A program made the translations under genes and the position numbers. The notes beneath the pieces are model-generated. The model did no database searches. It was not told where the DNA came from and worked only from the letters and a program-made list of their open reading frames with translations. From Octopus sinensis (lineage: Eukaryota), in the NCBI RefSeq assembly GCF_006345805.1, contig NC_042997.1:70308001-70372000 (forward strand): 64,000 nucleotides of DNA. Reading direction: 5' to 3'. Positions 41,628-54,818 of this stretch are shown one piece after another; the stretch's first letter is position 1; every line of letters starts with the position of its first letter.

Positions 41628-42493
41628 TATATATATATATATTAAGGTAGTAGAAAAATACAACATGGACAAGAATGTATAACTCTTAGAAGACGACACA
41701 ATAAACATGGACAGGACATTCGAACCTCTCAGTCAAGAACCGGATCATCGTAGTAATTTCGGCTGATTAATCTTGAGATTACTAGATCACGGCCAGCCCT
41801 CCAAGAAAAACTAAGCAACGAGCATTAGAAAAACTAAGCTGGAAGCGTAGATTTCCTGGAAGAAGGATCGAATGCATACGAACACCAGGACAGCAAAAGG
41901 GACAGATATAAAAAAAAAAAACAAAAAACAATAAGGAATGCAGAGACATGAAATACTGAAGCATAACGGTGAAAACAACAAGTGTCTTACACTGATAACA
42001 AGCAAACAAATTTTTTCTTCTCGGCGCATTGGAAGAAGCCTTTATAGTGGCGGACGAAAAACAACGATGTTAACACGACGAGGGTCAGGAGCTGAAAGGC
42101 AGATTTCGGCCAACAGTCACGTGACAGAGAAGAGGGAAAAGAAAAGAAAGAGAAGCAAAGGAAGAGAGAGAGAGACGAGGGACAAAACGCAACAAAGAGA
42201 GAGAAAGAAGGGATCAGAGAGGAGAAGGGATGGGTGTCGAAGAATGACCTGTGAGTGCAGAGCGAGACAAAGAATTAGGAGGGTAAAGAGAAGAGAAAAA
42301 GAGGATGAGTAGAGAGAAGAGAGAGAGAGAGAATATATATATATATACATATATAAAGTTAATCCAAACATGAAAACACAAAGAGAAAACACAACAACGC
42401 GAGGACGTGGAACAAATATAATATATATGTATGTAGTTATATACTCGTGTACGCATGAGTATGTATGTACATGCGCGCACACGCATTGCTATG
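41207..42493. repeat. Inverted duplication, 161-bp arms (41207-41367 / 42333-42493)
   Basis: Arms are reverse complements with 1 mismatch seen; the spacer holds (TA)n and PLE-type tails. Confidence 0.85.
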
Positions 42494-42631
42494 TGCGCGC
42501 ATGAATATATATATGTATATATATATGTATATATATACATATGTATATATGTATGTATACATATGCACATATACACATATGTTTATGCGTATGTTTATAT
42601 GTATATATATATATATGTGTGTGTATCTATG

Positions 42632-42668
<37 letters not shown>

Positions 42669-43648
42669 ATATATTACATATATATACGTGTGAACATGTG
42701 GGTATGCATATGTGCTTACGTATTAACTTATGTGCTCAAGCGCTTGGACATAGTGCGGACAAATACACGCATGCACATACATTGCTTTGAAACTATTACT
42801 TTAAGACATTACTTAAAGAACAATGTAATTTCATGAGGTAAATCATTAGAGTGAACATGTTTGGATATTTTAAATACTGCAAGAGATATTAAGACAAGAT
42901 ATGGCATAGTAATATGAGTCACTAGTACAAAGTATGTAAAGTTTTACAGTATTTGGGAGAAAAATTGTTTTCTGTTAATTATTAATTTTAACATAGTAAT
43001 AAAATTTCATTTTAGTAACTATATTTTTTATTTTTTTGAACATAAGGATGAAGCATAGCAAAAGACATCTCAATAGTTTGGATGCAGAAATTTTGTGAGA
43101 AACAGTATTTCAAAATCAAATATATTTATCCAAAATATTTAATTCCCATATGTGTACATATTTTATGTAGTAATAAACCCCCTAAGAACGGTTAATTCTG
43201 CTAGTGTATATTTACATGTCATTGCGTATTCATGCGCGCACATTTTAATGTCCTAGTCAGGTAAGGTCAACAAAATGTACTCCATCCAGTGAGAGGTAAA
43301 TGTCACTTAATGTACACTGTATTAAGATAAGAGCTACTAATAGTTTCTTGCTATTGAGATACGTGGTGAGGCAGGTGTTTACGTGTTTTGAGGCCTTGTT
43401 TCTCCAATATATTTACGGTTCTGTTCGTCTAAATGTTTTTTTTTGTTTTTGAAAATAAAGACGCTGTTACGTGACGAACAACGAGAAGGTTGATACATAT
43501 ACCAGTTTCATGAAAACATGCATTCAGAGCCTGAAGATTATTTGGAGAGAAATGACGACCTCGCTCGTTACAAAATTCTCCCCAACTACGTGTCTTAACA
43601 GCAAGAAACTATTCGTAGCTCTTACCTTAATATAGCGTCATGAAATTA

Positions 43649-43702
43649 CAAAGCCTTGTGAGTGGATTCGGTAGACGGAAACTGAAAAAGCCCATCGCAA
43701 CA

Positions 43703-43733
<31 letters not shown>

Positions 43734-44200
43734 CATACATACATACATACTTACATATATATATATATAGTTCAAATTTACAGTAAACCAAAGACGACGG
43801 CAAGTGTAGGAACAACAAGCAGGTGTATTAGTTTAACGCTCGCGAAGACTGGAAACGTATTTGACGTTTCTAGCTTACGCTCTTCGTCGGAAAGGATTAA
43901 GAGCTAAAAACCTGGGAGAGGATGAACAATTAACCGAAAGAAAAAAAAATATGTAGAGATTGACGGATCATGATGAAATGTGTGTGTGTGTGCGTTTGTG
44001 TCTTTGTTTGACATCCGAGGTTGGCATGTTTACATACCCTGTAACGTAGTGGTTTCGCCCCCCCCCAAAGACTCGATAGAGTAAGTACTAGTCTTATAAA
44101 CAATATGTCCTGTAGTCAATTTATTCGACAGAAACCCTTTAAAGTAGTGCTCTAGCATGGCTGCATTCAAATGAATGAAACAAGTGAAAGAGTAAGATAG
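43649..44200 (+). mobile_element. SINE remnant interrupted by a PLE-type tail (43770-43960, minus)
   Basis: AAAGCCTTGTGAGTGGATTCGGTAGACGGAAACTGA, then (CATA)n, the insert, then the SINE 3' half. The insert has a CCGACGA-A-GAGC(GTAA)GCTA-GAAAC-GTC hammerhead vestige at 43858-43895. Confidence 0.65.
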
Positions 44201-44215
44201 ATAGATAGATAGATT

Positions 44216-44289
<74 letters not shown>

Positions 44290-44818
44290 GATAGATATGT
44301 TTATACTCTTTGTCTTAGATAAAGCTTTAATGTTTGTCCGGACATGTAAATACATTTGGAAATTCTGGTGTCGAGGGAAACGGGGTGTCACTCCTTAATT
44401 ATCGTTACTCCCAGGCCCGGCTTGACCCGGAACAGTAGTATTTTTCAGGCTTAAATAGATTTCCCAGTGCAGAGAAGACTCTTGTTATTTTTGACAAAAC
44501 TATGGGGAAGGCAGCTCTTCTAGAGGAAAGGTAATCTGACGAAATTCCAGTCAAAATGCTTCTCACTGGAACTTCTATGTTGGTTGAGAGAAGAGTAAAA
44601 ATTTTGTGCAAGCTTTTATCTCTTTTGTATCCAATGGTACGGATGTCTCACTATCGTTTCATTTCTTGATCCGTTTCGTTTTCTATAAAGTTCTATGGCA
44701 ATGGATATCCTTTCACATACAACAATGAAAGTAAATCAGAACAATCAGGTTATCACCTGGCAGGATGAGGCAATAATAACACCTACTCACACACGCGGGT
44801 ACACACACACACAAAAAT

Positions 44819-44850
<32 letters not shown>

Positions 44851-45302
44851 ACATACACACACACCACACACACACACACACTTATACACTCACGCACACA
44901 CACATACGTAGATATACGGAGTTCTGTTGAAATAATCTTCTATATTTTATGCGTATTATGCATTCCCTATGTGAAAGTAATGCACGAATTTCTAACTATG
45001 TCGTCGTTTATGAAGATGTATTTGCATTTCCTATTCTGTTACTCAGTAATGTATTTTGTTATAGAGGAATGCTTTATAACTTCTTTTTCAGTTTGATGCA
45101 ACTACAATAGTTATGTGCTTGTGTATTTATAATGAATATCAATATATTCTAGCTATCTCACCAAAGTAATGACTACAATATACGTTATTATGTATATGCA
45201 TACATATATATGTATTTGTATATATATATATATATATACATACATACAGGCATACATATACACTCGTTTGTATGTATACGTGTATCTATGTAGGTATGCT
45301 TG

Positions 45303-45346
<44 letters not shown>

Positions 45347-45449
45347 GATAGATATAGGTTTATACATGCATGTATTCATATATATATCTACATGTATTCA
45401 GTTAAATATTGCGTAAATATACAAATGCAAATATTCATATATATATATA

Positions 45450-47290
45450 CTAGCATTATGACCCGTCGTTGGCGGGTCATAGTGCTAGTGCATGTATATA
45501 TGTGTATATATATGTATACATATTACATGTATATCTATATATATACATATACACATAAAATACAAAATACAAAGTTATATCTTGATATCGCTAGTGATAA
45601 CAATACTCAAAATATGTAACAGACTAGAATTGTAGGTCCGTCTCTTGCAATTTCGATCAATTGTATCTTGTCCTCCCTCTTGTATAGAAGTGTGGCTACA
45701 ATCCAGCCTACCTCTACTTCTGGGGGGACATTTTAAATTTTTATCCGGGACGTCTTACGTACCAGATATAAGGGTAAAAATAAAATATTTCCACTTTTCA
45801 AGGTTCGAGTCGAGTACTCCCTTGCACGCTCCGTTGACTCGAACCTTGCTTCTATTGTGGCGAATTTTCCGCCTCTGGTTAGATATCTTTCATAGCCGCA
45901 CCAAGACACTTTTCGATGGTGCTTTCCTCCAGGTGTTCAAATTTTTTTTTTCTCTACATTGTATACATTATAGACAATAGTCTTTTCTTTAATTTAATTT
46001 TTTATTTCGTTTGGTGGTGTTATCCCAGATTCATCGTCTTTGTCGGTGATCGATCCGAATTAGGTTTGTATTTCTTCCATTTTAATTATAATAAGTTCCC
46101 GCCCGCCGACGGCTGCAGCGAAATTCATTTTTGGACTGTCTTCTATCGAACGCATTCTAACAAAAATGCTCCCGTATAAACAGTGAAAATATTGTCAATT
46201 TTCCCAAACAGGAACGCAATTCAATTTTTAAACAATAACCAAAGCTCCTTCTCCCAAAGGGAGAGGGTTACAGTTTACAATTATTTAACAAATGCAACAC
46301 AACAACGTTTCCCTTACGAGGAACCAACAAACGTGATAACAATAGATAAACAGTAATAATAATAACAACAAACCCTACGGTGAATCAAAAAGCAGTACGC
46401 AGTTGAAGCTATAGTCATTTATGTATAAGAAATAAGCCAACAGCAGTACTCAGTAGAAGCGGCTTTTCGAGAAAACAGGCATTACATACAGCCAAACTTC
46501 ATATAGATACTTAATGCTAGCTAATTAGCAGATTATCTAATGTAAAAGCCGTAGTAAACGGTATGTGCACAGCTCCATCTGGATTATTCCATTTCTGCAC
46601 ACTAATTTTATTTTTAATTTATTCCCATTCATGTGAAACCACTTATTCAAGTTCAAGTCATTGATGCAATTTTATACCAATTGCTATATTTACTTTTGTT
46701 ATGTTACGATTATATTATACTTTAGTTTGATTTTAATTATTACTTACTACATATAATTCAATTGTTATTATTATCTCTAATTTTTATTGTTAAAGTGAAA
46801 GTATCTGACATAAAATAGAGAAATGTTTTTGTTTCACTTTTAACACATAATACTGAAATAGTGGAGAAGATATGATATTGCTATGTCAAAACTGTTCTCA
46901 ATCTAACTTTTAGCAATCATTGTGGTGACTTTAGCAAGAGTTGCAGTTGTGTTGGGAGTTATTGTCTCCTCTCTCTGCCAAATGATTGTAAACGTAGCTG
47001 GTATTTCTTTGTTGATGCAATGTCGTTGAGTTATGTTATCGCAACGTTTATAGAGGGGAAAAATCATAAAGTTTGTTGAATCTTGTTACCACGCGTTTAT
47101 ATGTGCACTGTGTCGTTTTTAACAGTATTCCAGTATTTTAATTTGTGATCTATGCGGAGTCATAGGCAAGAAGTTGAACATTTGGTGTTACCGATGACAC
47201 TCCTCGGACCCTAAGTAAGGCATGTGTAAAACTTCAATGAAATTGGTTGTGTAGTTCTCAAGTTTTAGGGAAACACACAGACAGACAGAG
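45450..47290 (-). mobile_element. Probable longer non-autonomous Helitron-like element
   Basis: Terminal hairpin with CTAG at 45449-45489; 47235-47290 is homologous to the 5' part of 33926-34130 (TGAAATTGGTTGTGTAGT..CAAGTTTTAGGGA..CACACAGACAG). Interior not verified. Confidence 0.45.
46885..47163 (+). repeat. 279-bp exact dispersed duplicate of 52125-52403
   Basis: Identical by eye, offset 5240 bp. Confidence 0.9.
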
Positions 47291-47521
47291 CCCTCCGTCA
47301 TTTTGTGACCTCTATTAATTTTCTTTTAACTTCTAATTGCTAATAAGCCACCCTTTTTAATTTGTTATATGTATATATGAATATATATATTTATATATAT
47401 ATATACATATATACATATATATATATACATATATACATATACATATAACAAATTAAAAAGGATGTTTATTAGCACTTAGAAGTTAAAAGAAAATTTATAG
47501 AGGTCACAAAATGACGGAGGG
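47291..47521. repeat. Tail-to-tail inverted repeat around a TA microsatellite (47291-47369 / 47444-47521)
   Basis: About 79-bp arms with several mismatches; a third diverged copy at about 47610-47690. Confidence 0.8.
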
Positions 47522-47776
47522 TTCCGACTTAAAACAAAAGACAGTCGTTTTGTGGACTGTGAGTTGTTTTAACTCCGAAAGCAAAAGAGGTGCTAGTCAG
47601 TATCCTCTGTCAGTTTAATGACTTTATTAATTTTCCTTCAGGTTCTAATTGCTAATAAGCCCCGCCCCCTTTAATTTGTTGTTTACTCTTTTGCCGTTTT
47701 GAAAATCAGCACATGCTTTCAGATGTTTTTCTGAAAAGACTGACAGAAGTAGATGTGTTAAATCATAGGCGATAAG

Positions 47777-47832
47777 AGTCGCTGATGAGGATTAATATGG
47801 TCTACATCATGATCCGAAATCACAATCCGACT
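47777..47832 (+). ncRNA. Type I hammerhead ribozyme, intact core
   Basis: AGUCG/CGACU helix I; CUGAUGA 47782-47788; GGAU...AUCC helix II; GAA; AUCACAAU helix III; AUC cleavage after 47827. Confidence 0.8.
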
Positions 47833-47935
47833 ATGTACGCTGGTGACTTACATTTCTTTGTGAGTCATTAAGACAGTACTTTTGTGGCTTTTGAGATGTT
47901 TAAATTTATATTTCTTATATTGTGACGTCTCTCTC

Positions 47936-47995
<60 letters not shown>

Positions 47996-48275
47996 GGAGC
48001 AGGAGTGGCTTTGTGGTAAGTAGCTTGCTTACCAACCACAAGGTTCCAGGTTCAGTCCCACTGCGTGGTACTTTCGGCAAGTATCCATGTATGTATGTAT
48101 GTATGTATATATGTATGTATAAGTTTCTGTGCCTGTTGTGTTTACGCCCCCGTAACTTAGCGGTACAATAAGTACTAGGCTTAAAATAAGTACTAGGCTT
48201 ACAAAGAATAAGTGCTGGGCGTTTTCCTCAACTAAAAGCGGTGCTCCAGCATGGCCGCACTCAAATGACTGAAAG
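47996..48275 (+). mobile_element. tRNA-derived SINE, internally deleted
   Basis: Head and tail match 54391-54804. Confidence 0.8.
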
Positions 48276-48409
48276 AGATAACAGAAAAAAAAAGTACGAA
48301 TGTATATGCATATATATATATAATATATATATGCACGTATACGATGTATATATACACATATACATATATATAGTATACATTTGTTTATATGCATCTCTTT
48401 CGATATGAG

Positions 48410-48445
<36 letters not shown>

Positions 48446-48492
48446 AACATACATGCGTATATATATTTATATACATAAGCATAGATACATGC

Positions 48493-48531
<39 letters not shown>

Positions 48532-48958
48532 AACAGACACATATGCACACACGCATATATATATATATGTATATATTTGTATACTTACATACATGCATAC
48601 ACACGTCTATTTGCGTATGTATGTATGAATGTATGTATGTATCTATGTGCGTATTTATCTATGCCAAGATGTATGTATTCACGGAGTAGACTACAAACTA
48701 AGCACGTACCAAATTTGTAAGTGGCTTCATTATTCGAAAAACCCAGCAAGAGACGTTCGCTGGCACAAAATGTTGGAAGAAGTTGGGAGAAGTGTAGTGC
48801 GTGATGGAAGGAAGAGACGAGTTAGGTATATATCTCAGGAAAGTCATTTATTGACTGAGTGGAGAACACATGTCCTTTACGTGTGTGCGTGCATACATAC
48901 ATACATACATACATACATACATACATACATACATACATACATACATGCATGCATACAT

Positions 48959-48991
<33 letters not shown>

Positions 48992-49515
48992 AATATACAT
49001 ATAGGCATATATGTTTGTGTTGTATACATATTTATAATATATGTGAATGCATAAACGTATACATTATTTTTCTTCTGCTCTCAGAATCATTGTACATAAC
49101 ACACACACGCACACACACACACACACATACACACACACTTACGCAACCCACTTATATACGATGATACATATGCACACATAGAAAACAATGTGCATATGTA
49201 TACGTGTATGTTTAAATATGTCGGACATGTGCGTGGGATAAGAGAAAAGCATATGAGTGCGTTTATGCTTCTGTATAATTTTGTAGTTTCTTATGTATGT
49301 ATGTATGTTACGCATCTTACTATGAGTTTTAAAGCGAAGAGAGCGGAAAGAGAGCAAATGAGAGAGTATTATGGCGGATGGAGGGTGCGTGGAAGTGAAT
49401 GTGTATGAAGAAGTGAAATATAAATGACAAGAACAGAAAAAAATAGGAAAGAGAGTTTGTGTGTCTAATGAGCTGCGTATCGATCGACGTTTGTGAGCAC
49501 TCCTATAATGTGTAC

Positions 49516-49561
<46 letters not shown>

Positions 49562-50554
49562 ATATATCTATATATATATATATTATATATATATATATAT
49601 ACACATATACATATACATATACATATACACACACATACACAAATATAATCATAGTTATGTATGATTATATATATATTTGTATGTGTGTGTGCAAGTTGCT
49701 GTCATGATGTTGATGAAATGTTGATGGACATGAAGGAGAAACTGGAACAGGGAATACAGAATTGTGCTGTTTTGCCTGTTTTGTTGTTTTTGCTGTACTT
49801 GGTTGTACTAGTAGTTGCCGATGCTGCTTGTTAGTATTACATATTGGCTGATATAATTTCATCTATTTTCCTTTCTATTTTTTTTTTTTTTTTTTAAATA
49901 TACTTCTGTTACGATTATTATTTTGAATATACACGCTATATTTGTTGCAATAGCTTTGCTTCTTAATGATGTTCACATAGTTCTCTCAATCCATCAAACT
50001 AACTGTGTCCCTAGTTAGTTCTCTGTATTCACTATAGTTATTTTTGTACCTATCTATGTAGTCATGCATCTATTTATCTATCAAGTAAGCATCGATTTAT
50101 ATCTTCTTATTGGTGTTTATATTTCATATGATGTATCTCCCAATCTTCCAGTACTGATTTCTATCTGTGTATGTTTCCCAATCTCTTTCTTCTCTCATGA
50201 TATGTACTCACGTGCACACACACACGTTTACATGCATTCCTGTCGTGTCATAGAGTGACCAATAATTTCGCATCCATAAAGCACTAAGGTATATGGACGA
50301 TACGTCAGACTCTAATGGCAGTGGACATATAACGTCTCTTCATACCGGAGGTAGAAATCCGTTATGGTCAGTTAATTAGTAAACATCTGAGGATTAAACA
50401 GAACAAGTTATATCTCTTAGACCAGTTCAGTTGGTAGATTTTGTGGACTAAGAGGTGAACAGGGAATCTCCACCCTTACGCTGTTTCCAGTCTGCGAGGG
50501 CTTTTTCTGGTTTTAATCGACGGATGGGGGTTCCCATGTCTGTAGCAGATTGCG

Positions 50555-50905
50555 TTTGTAGTGGGGACAGGGACTATAAATATCATACCTAGAATTTAAT
50601 AGAGGTTGGGTTCAGGGAGTCTTTAAGGATGCTTTTCCCCTCTGCTATGGGAAGCTTTCATCGTACACTCCCCTTTATGTAGGACCGCGGCTGTTCTATG
50701 ATCCTCCATTTAATATCGCATGGGGTTTCTTTATCTTTAATGCACCATATATGGCTGGCTTGGAAAGTGAAGTACCGTCTTTCCGGAACTATGAAGGAAG
50801 ACCTGTGGTTGTATAGTCACCTCTTAAATTCGGTTCCGGCTGACCCGATATATCTCCGAACTTGAGCGCTGGTTGTTTTCACACGTCTGGTATATCTTCC
50901 GTTGC
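50555..50905 (-). mobile_element. Penelope-like GIY-YIG endonuclease fossil
   Basis: VRRYIGSAGTEFKR*LYNHRSSF...HIWCIKDK...IKWRII...RSY. Confidence 0.8.
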
Positions 50906-51274
50906 TTCAGGGCTTGGAGTTGTTGTTGTCGCTGCTGTTACTCGAGCTGTCATCGGTACAGTTATTAGGGAGCGTGGGTCTCACCATATCTCTGGAGTTG
51001 TTGTCGTTGCAGAAGTAATCCCTGGCCGTAGTGCTGGTGTTGCTGCGACTGTTGCCGATGGTGTTGTGGATGCTGTCACTGTTGATAATGGGCGTGGGAT
51101 TGGTAGTTTCACTGGTGCTGCGGCAGTTGGCGTGGTCATTTCTAGCTCTAGCATTGGTGTTGGTGCTACGGCCGTTGACGTCGGTGCTGGTGTTCCTGCT
51201 ACTGCCGCTGCCGTTTTCGTAACAGTACCGATGACCGTTCCAGTAGCAGTAGCGGGAACAACTCCAGGACAGGA

Positions 51275-51430
51275 ACCAAAAGAACATACACCAGAGGTTT
51301 GAACTCAACTAGTGCTCAAGTTCGGATATATATCGGGTCAGCCGGAACTACCTTTAAGAGACGCATATACAACCACAGGTTCTCTTTCAGGGTTCTGGAG
51401 AGACGGTGCGTCACGTCCTAAGCCAGGCAT
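51275..51430 (+). mobile_element. Inverted diverged copy of the same GIY-YIG segment
   Basis: TSAQVRIYIGSAGTTFKRRIYNHRFSFRVLERRCVTS*ARH. Confidence 0.8.
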
Positions 51431-52769
51431 AGGAAAATTTTCTTTTGAACGAATCCAGTATAAGAAAGCTTTAAAGCGAAAAGAAAAAAATCTGATTGGA
51501 GCAATAATAGAATAATATATAAAACAAATATAGTTAAAACGAAGAGAAGCTAAAAATAGAAATCAAGTTAGACATTCATGCAATAACAAAATATTTTCTA
51601 TATCTTCCATATTACCTTCGGTAAAGATAGTATTTCTTTCATTCAGATCTTCAGAGTAATTAATAATTGACTGTCTAATGCATTAATCCTCACAAAGCAA
51701 TATGATCTGCATAATTTTTTTTTATATTCTATAGAGAACAGTTTGTAAAAATCTGATAAGCTTAAAGAATAGTGTTACGAAAACAAATACAATCATATTG
51801 AAGTTTAATCTCTTTGGATTTCTAATGGACCTCTGTGTGCACACACACACACACACACACACACACAACAGTAACCGGTTTCAATCACTTTAAAAATCGA
51901 TCCAGTCATGCTGAAATAGAAGGAAAACGGTAATTTAAATAAATTCATCTTTCTTTGTCAGTTCTGGAAGTTGATGTGTTTTTCTTATTAAGATCAGATG
52001 GTGCTACATTCCAATCTCCTTCTGATTGCTACTATGCAGCAGCTAACAGCTGAGGTGGAAGACAGCTTGTACAGCTGTCAATGGCAGTTGCAGGAATGCA
52101 GCAGGAATGCTTCTCCTGTCAATGGTCAAAACTGTTCTCAATCTAACTTTTAGCAATCATTGTGGTGACTTTAGCAAGAGTTGCAGTTGTGTTGGGAGTT
52201 ATTGTCTCCTCTCTCTGCCAAATGATTGTAAACGTAGCTGGTATTTCTTTGTTGATGCAATGTCGTTGAGTTATGTTATCGCAACGTTTATAGAGGGGAA
52301 AAATCATAAAGTTTGTTGAATCTTGTTACCACGCGTTTATATGTGCACTGTGTCGTTTTTAACAGTATTCCAGTATTTTAATTTGTGATCTATGCGGAGT
52401 CATGCGTTTTCATAAATCGTTTCCCAACTGAACCAGCTAATGTTCTCAACATCCTGAGCATGCTACTACAAAATTTAAGTTGTCTGATTCACGAATAAAT
52501 TAATTTATTATTGAAAAGAATTATTCTAGCTTGAAACGGAACTCTGATCTTTGTGTCATACTCCATATATCACAGTTGGTTCTTCCACATTTTTTACTAA
52601 TTCTTATCAGCTTAAAATTAGTAATGACGATGATGATGATAATAAATAGAGTACTAGGTTCAAATAATAGCATTCACTGTGGCATTTCCAAGGTGACTTA
52701 CTTCCATCTTTAATTGTTTTTGCAAAAGCTGTAATGCCCTTTACAAGTGAATTTAACAGCAAGAAAATA

Positions 52770-54300
52770 AGCTATTTTGTATAGATGACTTAAAAATCTA
52801 TGGTGAAGACCATGAGGTGCCTGAAGGCCTATTAGGTACTGTGAAAGTATTCAGTGATGACAGCTGGATGGAGTGTGGTCTTGATACGTGTGCGAAGATC
52901 ATTTTTAAGAAAGAGAGACTTGATAACCTGAAATTCAGTCGTGTTAGGTGTTGAAAAAGTTATAAAGGATCAAATCAATAAATAACTAGGAATAAGTAAA
53001 GGCTCTGGTAGGATACCAAGAAGGTTTGCTATAGGAGAATACAAGCACTTCTGCAATCTGAGCTAAAGGCACATAACAAGGAGATTGCCATAAATTCCTT
53101 AGCAGTTGTAGTTGTTACTTATAGCTTCAATATGTTTAACCGGAATATCATTGAAATAACGAAAGTTGTTAGCAAAATTCAGCTACTGGCTTAGAATAAG
53201 ACGCACTACTCAAAGGCAGACGTGAATTGCTTTTACCTTTCCAGTGGTTTGGTCCAATTAGAAATTTCTTACAAATCTACCACGACTGGGCTGGTCAGAT
53301 AACTTAAAACAACTAACGACTGGATTATGAGATTAAGAAGCCTCATTTCATTATAAATGAGAGGAAAAAAAATTGCTGTTGACTTCAAGAATTATACCCA
53401 ATCTGAAAAATCTGTGGAAAGTGTCGCAACAGTTGTTGTTAAGAAAGAAAAATTTACGGCGAAGTAAAACACGCAAGAAAAATTGTCTGGGTGCTGGATA
53501 AGAGCAGAAACCTCTGCATGTATGTAGCTTGTATTAAACAAACTGGTGTTGCTGAGAAGCCCACCTATTAGCCACTTCGAAGCTCAGCACTAAAAGTAGA
53601 AGGCGAAAGCTTCATCTTAGCTGCTCATGCTCAATGCTAATAGTTATGGAACTCCCAAGTCAATAATGAAAAATAGAGCAGATCCAAAGTGTTGATCCTG
53701 CAGTGATGAGATTGAATCAGTGAACCACTTAATTTCAGGATGTAAAATTTTAGTACCAGTAGAGCATGAATTAAGACATGATAGAGTTGGCCAGTATCTA
53801 CATTGGTTAATATACCAGCATTATAAAATCAAATCTGTACGTGTGATATAAGCATCACCATGAGATTGTAACTAAGGGAGAAAACTCAACAATTCGTTGC
53901 AACTTACCAGGACATACATACAGAACTATCAAGACTAATAAAACGAAGTTGTTATACAAGACCAAAATATTAAAGTCGGCTCATTGATCGACATGAGTAT
54001 CCCTTGTGATGATAATATTTCGGAGAAAGAATGTGACAAGCTCAGAAAATATTAAGATTTGTTCATTGGTATCGAGAAATGTGGCATTTCAAGACGGATA
54101 CAATACTAATGGTTGTAGGAGCTCTAGGAATAATCAAGAAAAAAAAACTGGAAATTATTTGAGAATGATTCCTGACTTATCATACCCGCAAGAGGAGCAA
54201 ATGATTGTTTCAACTAGTGCGACAAACGTATTGAAAACATAGTCGATATGAGAATGACTACCTTCCCTGTAAATGGTCTTTGTTCAACATAAGTTTATTT
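52770..54300 (+). mobile_element. R4/Dong-type non-LTR fossil (RT end, CCHC, REL)
   Basis: IDDLKIYG, MECGLDTCAKI, LQSELKAHNK.IAINSLAV.VVTYSFN, DPKC*SC...ESVNHLISGC...RHDRVGQYLHW, LIDMSIPCD, VVGALGII; heavily decayed. Confidence 0.8.
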
Positions 54301-54390
54301 GACTTTTGTAAATAAACGATCCAGTGTTTTCTTGTTAAGGGCCTAGCATTATATATCCATATCCATATATATATAATATATATATATATA

Positions 54391-54804
54391 GGCGCAGGAG
54401 TGGCTGTGTGGTAAGTAGCTTGCTAACCAACCACATGGTTCCGGGTTCAGTCCCACTGCGTGGCATCTTGGGCAAGTGTCTTCTGCTATAGCCCCGGGCC
54501 GACCAATGCCTTGTGAGTGGATTTGGTAGACGGAAACTGAAAAAAGCCTGTCGTATATGTGTATATATATATATGTGTGTGTGTGTTTGTGTGTCTGTGT
54601 TTGTCCCCCTAGCATTGCTTGACAACCGATGCTGGTGTGTTTACGTCCCCGTTACTTAGCGGTTCGGCAAAAAAGAGACCGATAGAATAAGTACTGGGCT
54701 TACAAAGAATAAGTCCCGGGGTCGATTTGCTCGACTAAAGACGGTGCCCCAGCATGGCCGCAGTCAAATGACTGAAACAAGTAAAAGAGTAAAAGAGTAA
54801 AAGA
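54391..54804 (+). mobile_element. Near full-length tRNA-derived SINE
   Basis: GGCGCAGGAGTGGCTGTGTGGTAAG...GGTTCAGTCCCA head, central TA/GT tract, (GTAAAAGA)n tail. Confidence 0.9.
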
Positions 54805-54818
54805 GATATATATATATA

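Noticed and set aside
44449-44530. Possible 82-bp exon (LNRFPSAEKTLVIFDKTMGKAALLEE)
   Set aside because: Weak acceptor and no recognisable homology.
44543-44580. CTGACGA followed by a TTCCAGT/ACTGGAA stem
   Set aside because: No GAAA, helix III or helix I, so not a hammerhead.
47555-47590. GAGTT(gtttt)AACTC-C-GAAA half-hammerhead; similar half at about 40400-40420 on minus
   Set aside because: The CUGANGA core is missing; vestige at best.
50862-51308. 146-aa V/A/G-rich and 133-aa N/S/T-rich ORFs as a host gene
   Set aside because: Degenerate trinucleotide sequence between PLE fossils; no domain or splice support.
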